From Candidatus Latescibacterota bacterium (lineage in GTDB: Bacteria; Latescibacterota; UBA2968; UBA8231): DNA of 64,000 nt. Under the pieces are notes generated by a model. It searched no databases, was not told the DNA's origin, and worked only from the letters and a program-made list of their open reading frames with translations. This document shows positions 62,130-64,000 of the stretch, piece after piece; the first letter of the stretch is position 1, and each line of letters begins with the position of its first letter. The position numbers and the translations under genes are program-made. The stretch is taken from positions 4,160,001-4,224,000 of the forward strand of contig OZ244561.1 in assembly GCA_965217585.1 (NCBI GenBank). The letters are read 5' to 3'.

Positions 62130-62301
62130 TTAGATATATCTCCTTGAAAAAGATCAAAGATAGACCGATCTGCTGCCAGCGACAAGTTCGCGGTGCGGGC
62201 GGATCTGGGCCGTTTTGTCAGCGGCGTGCAACAAATTTCTCTTGTATCATAAATAAAACAATAATAACATGTTATGAAAAAATAGCCCCTTCTGTAGGCC
62301 A

Positions 62302-62330
62302 TTGACATCCCCTTTTGAATTGGCTATGTT
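62302..62330 (+). promoter_or_regulatory. Sigma70-type promoter of dnaE
   Basis: TTGACA (62302-62307), 17 bp, TATGTT (62325-62330), AT-rich upstream region. Confidence 0.7.
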
Positions 62331-62435
62331 TCACCCGAGGCGATGCCCTTCCCCAGGCAGTTTGGCCAGTCGTTCGGCCGTGCTCTCTAAGTGTCCAGAG
62401 ATTTTTCCTAGCGCATACAGGTAGCGGAGGTGGTC

Positions 62436-64000
62436 ATGGCTTCGGCTGATTTCGTCCATTTACACGGTCACAGCGAATACAGTCTGCTCGATGGAGGGTG
62501 CCGGATTAGCGAGATGGCCGAGTTGGCGGCCGAGCAGGGGATGCCTGCCTTAGCTCTCACAGATCACGGCAACCTCTTCGGCGTCATCGAGCACTACAAG
62601 ACCTGCCAAGCCGCTGGCATTAAGCCCATCATCGGCTGCGAGGTCTATGTGGCGATTGATAGCCGCCACTTGCGCCAGGCCGCTCGCGGCCTAACCCACG
62701 CCTCCAACCACCTGATTTTGCTGGCCAAAGACGCCACCGGCTACCGCAATCTGACCAAGCTCGTCTCCAAGGGCTATCTCGAAGGTTACTACTACAATCC
62801 CCGCATAGACAAGGAGCTTTTGCGCGAACACGCCGAGGGCCTAATCTGCATGTCGGCCTGCATCGGCGGCGAGATTCCGCATCTGATCCAGCGCGAGGGA
62901 TTGGCCGCAGCCGAAAAGGTCGCCCGCGAGTTTATGGACATCTTTGGCGACGACTACTACTTGGAGATCCAGCGCCACGACATCGACCCCGAAGCCAAGG
63001 TGAACGACGGCCTGCTCAAGCTGCACCGCAAGCTCGGAGTGCCGCTGGTGGCCACCAACGACTTCCACTTCCTCGGTGCCACCGACCACGCGGCCCACGA
63101 TGCTCTTATCTGCATCCAGACCGGCAAGACTGTTGACGAGAAAAATCGCCTGTGCTATCCCGACGGACTCTACATGAAGAGTCCCGAAGAGATGCAGTCG
63201 CTGTTTGCGGATTTGCCAGACGCGCTGGAGCGGACCCTCGAAATTGCCGACAAGTGCAACGTCGAGCTCGAGTTCGGGAAAACCTATATGCCGGATTTTC
63301 CGATCCCGGCTGGCTACGCTTCCAGCGACGACTATCTGACGCAACTGGCGCAGGAGGGTTTGGAGCGGCGCTACGGCACCGTCGATCCGGCCGTGCAAGA
63401 GCGGCTCGACTACGAGCTAAGCGTCATCACCAGTCAGGATTTTTCCGGCTATTTCCTCATCGTCTGGGACCTTGTCAACTACGCCCGTAATCAGGGCATT
63501 TCCGTGGGGCCGGGCCGCGGCTCGGCCGCTGGCTGCTTGGCTTCGTATTGTCTCGGCATTACCAATATAGATCCCATCAAATACGATCTGATCTTCGAGC
63601 GCTTCCTTAATCCCGAGCGCATTGAGCCGCCCGATATCGACATTGACTTTGACGATACCCGGCGCGACGAGGTGCTGCGCTATGTGGTGGATAAGTACGG
63701 CAAGGACAACGTCTCACAGGTCATCACGTTTGGGACTATGGGGGCTAAAGCGGTGGTGCGCGATGTCGGGCGGGTTTTGGGCATGCCCTTTGGCGAGGTC
63801 GATCGCATCGCCAAGCAGGTGCCGACCGAACTGAAGATTACCCTCGACAAGGCCATCGAGCGGGTGCCCGAGCTGCAGCAGGTGGCCCAAGCGCCCGGCG
63901 ACGAAGGCAAGCTGATCGAATACGCCCGCAAGCTGGAGGGCATGGCGCGTCACGCCTCGGTCCACGCCTGCGCTGTCATCATCGCTCCCGGTGAACTGAC
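62436..64000 (+). CDS. dnaE: DNA polymerase III alpha subunit, 5' part; runs off the window end
   Basis: My translation: FVHLHGHSEYSLLDG PHP domain, TDHGN, GPGRGSAAG, FERFLNPER, PDIDIDF; ggaggt RBS. Absent from the ORF track because it has no stop in the window. Confidence 0.97.
   Translation, partial: MASADFVHLHGHSEYSLLDGGCRISEMAELAAEQGMPALALTDHGNLFGVIEHYKTCQAAGIKPIIGCEVYVAIDSRHLRQAARGLTHASNHLILLAKDATGYRNLTKLVSKGYLEGYYYNPRIDKELLREHAEGLICMSACIGGEIPHLIQREGLAAAEKVAREFMDIFGDDYYLEIQRHDIDPEAKVNDGLLKLHRKLGVPLVATNDFHFLGATDHAAHDALICIQTGKTVDEKNRLCYPDGLYMKSPEEMQSLFADLPDALERTLEIADKCNVELEFGKTYMPDFPIPAGYASSDDYLTQLAQEGLERRYGTVDPAVQERLDYELSVITSQDFSGYFLIVWDLVNYARNQGISVGPGRGSAAGCLASYCLGITNIDPIKYDLIFERFLNPERIEPPDIDIDFDDTRRDEVLRYVVDKYGKDNVSQVITFGTMGAKAVVRDVGRVLGMPFGEVDRIAKQVPTELKITLDKAIERVPELQQVAQAPGDEGKLIEYARKLEGMARHASVHACAVIIAPGEL

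Overview
GC-rich bacterial chromosomal segment, mostly core metabolism. The gene repertoire (PhyH dioxygenase, SGNH hydrolase, Na+-NQR, Chlorobi/Gemmatimonadetes-like atp operon) suggests a marine FCB-group organism such as Ca. Latescibacterota/Gemmatimonadota; this is inference only. In order: 3' end of a HigA-like antitoxin; a catabolic cluster (SGNH hydrolase, IolD-like ThDP enzyme, MDR dehydrogenase, PhyH-family dioxygenase with HxG instead of HxD); polA, threonine aldolase, amidohydrolase and a conserved hypothetical; a decayed accessory patch (YhcG/DUF1016 with a nonsense codon, a REP-containing MITE, a dead IS4 element, an AT-rich truncated orphan); TPR-lytic transglycosylase; a second, complete MITE; M14 peptidase; aceE-aceF-lpdA; DUF4159 protein; Na+/alanine symporter; panB; bioF-bioK-like-bioC-bioD-bioA with convergent bioB; nqrABCDEF-nqrM; the full F1Fo atp operon (H+-type c subunit); a second accessory patch (small helical-module protein with a structured leader, a gene remnant, an internally duplicated CPBP protease, a hypothetical); tRNA-Met; M16 peptidase; ComF; pfkA-pgk-tpiA (frameshifted)-secG-tRNA-Leu; Trm112; 5' part of dnaE. 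No CRISPR array or rRNA seen. Best leads: the REP-bearing MITE family, the HxG PhyH enzyme in an IolD-like cluster, the structured leader plus helical module, and the active/inactive tandem CPBP protease.
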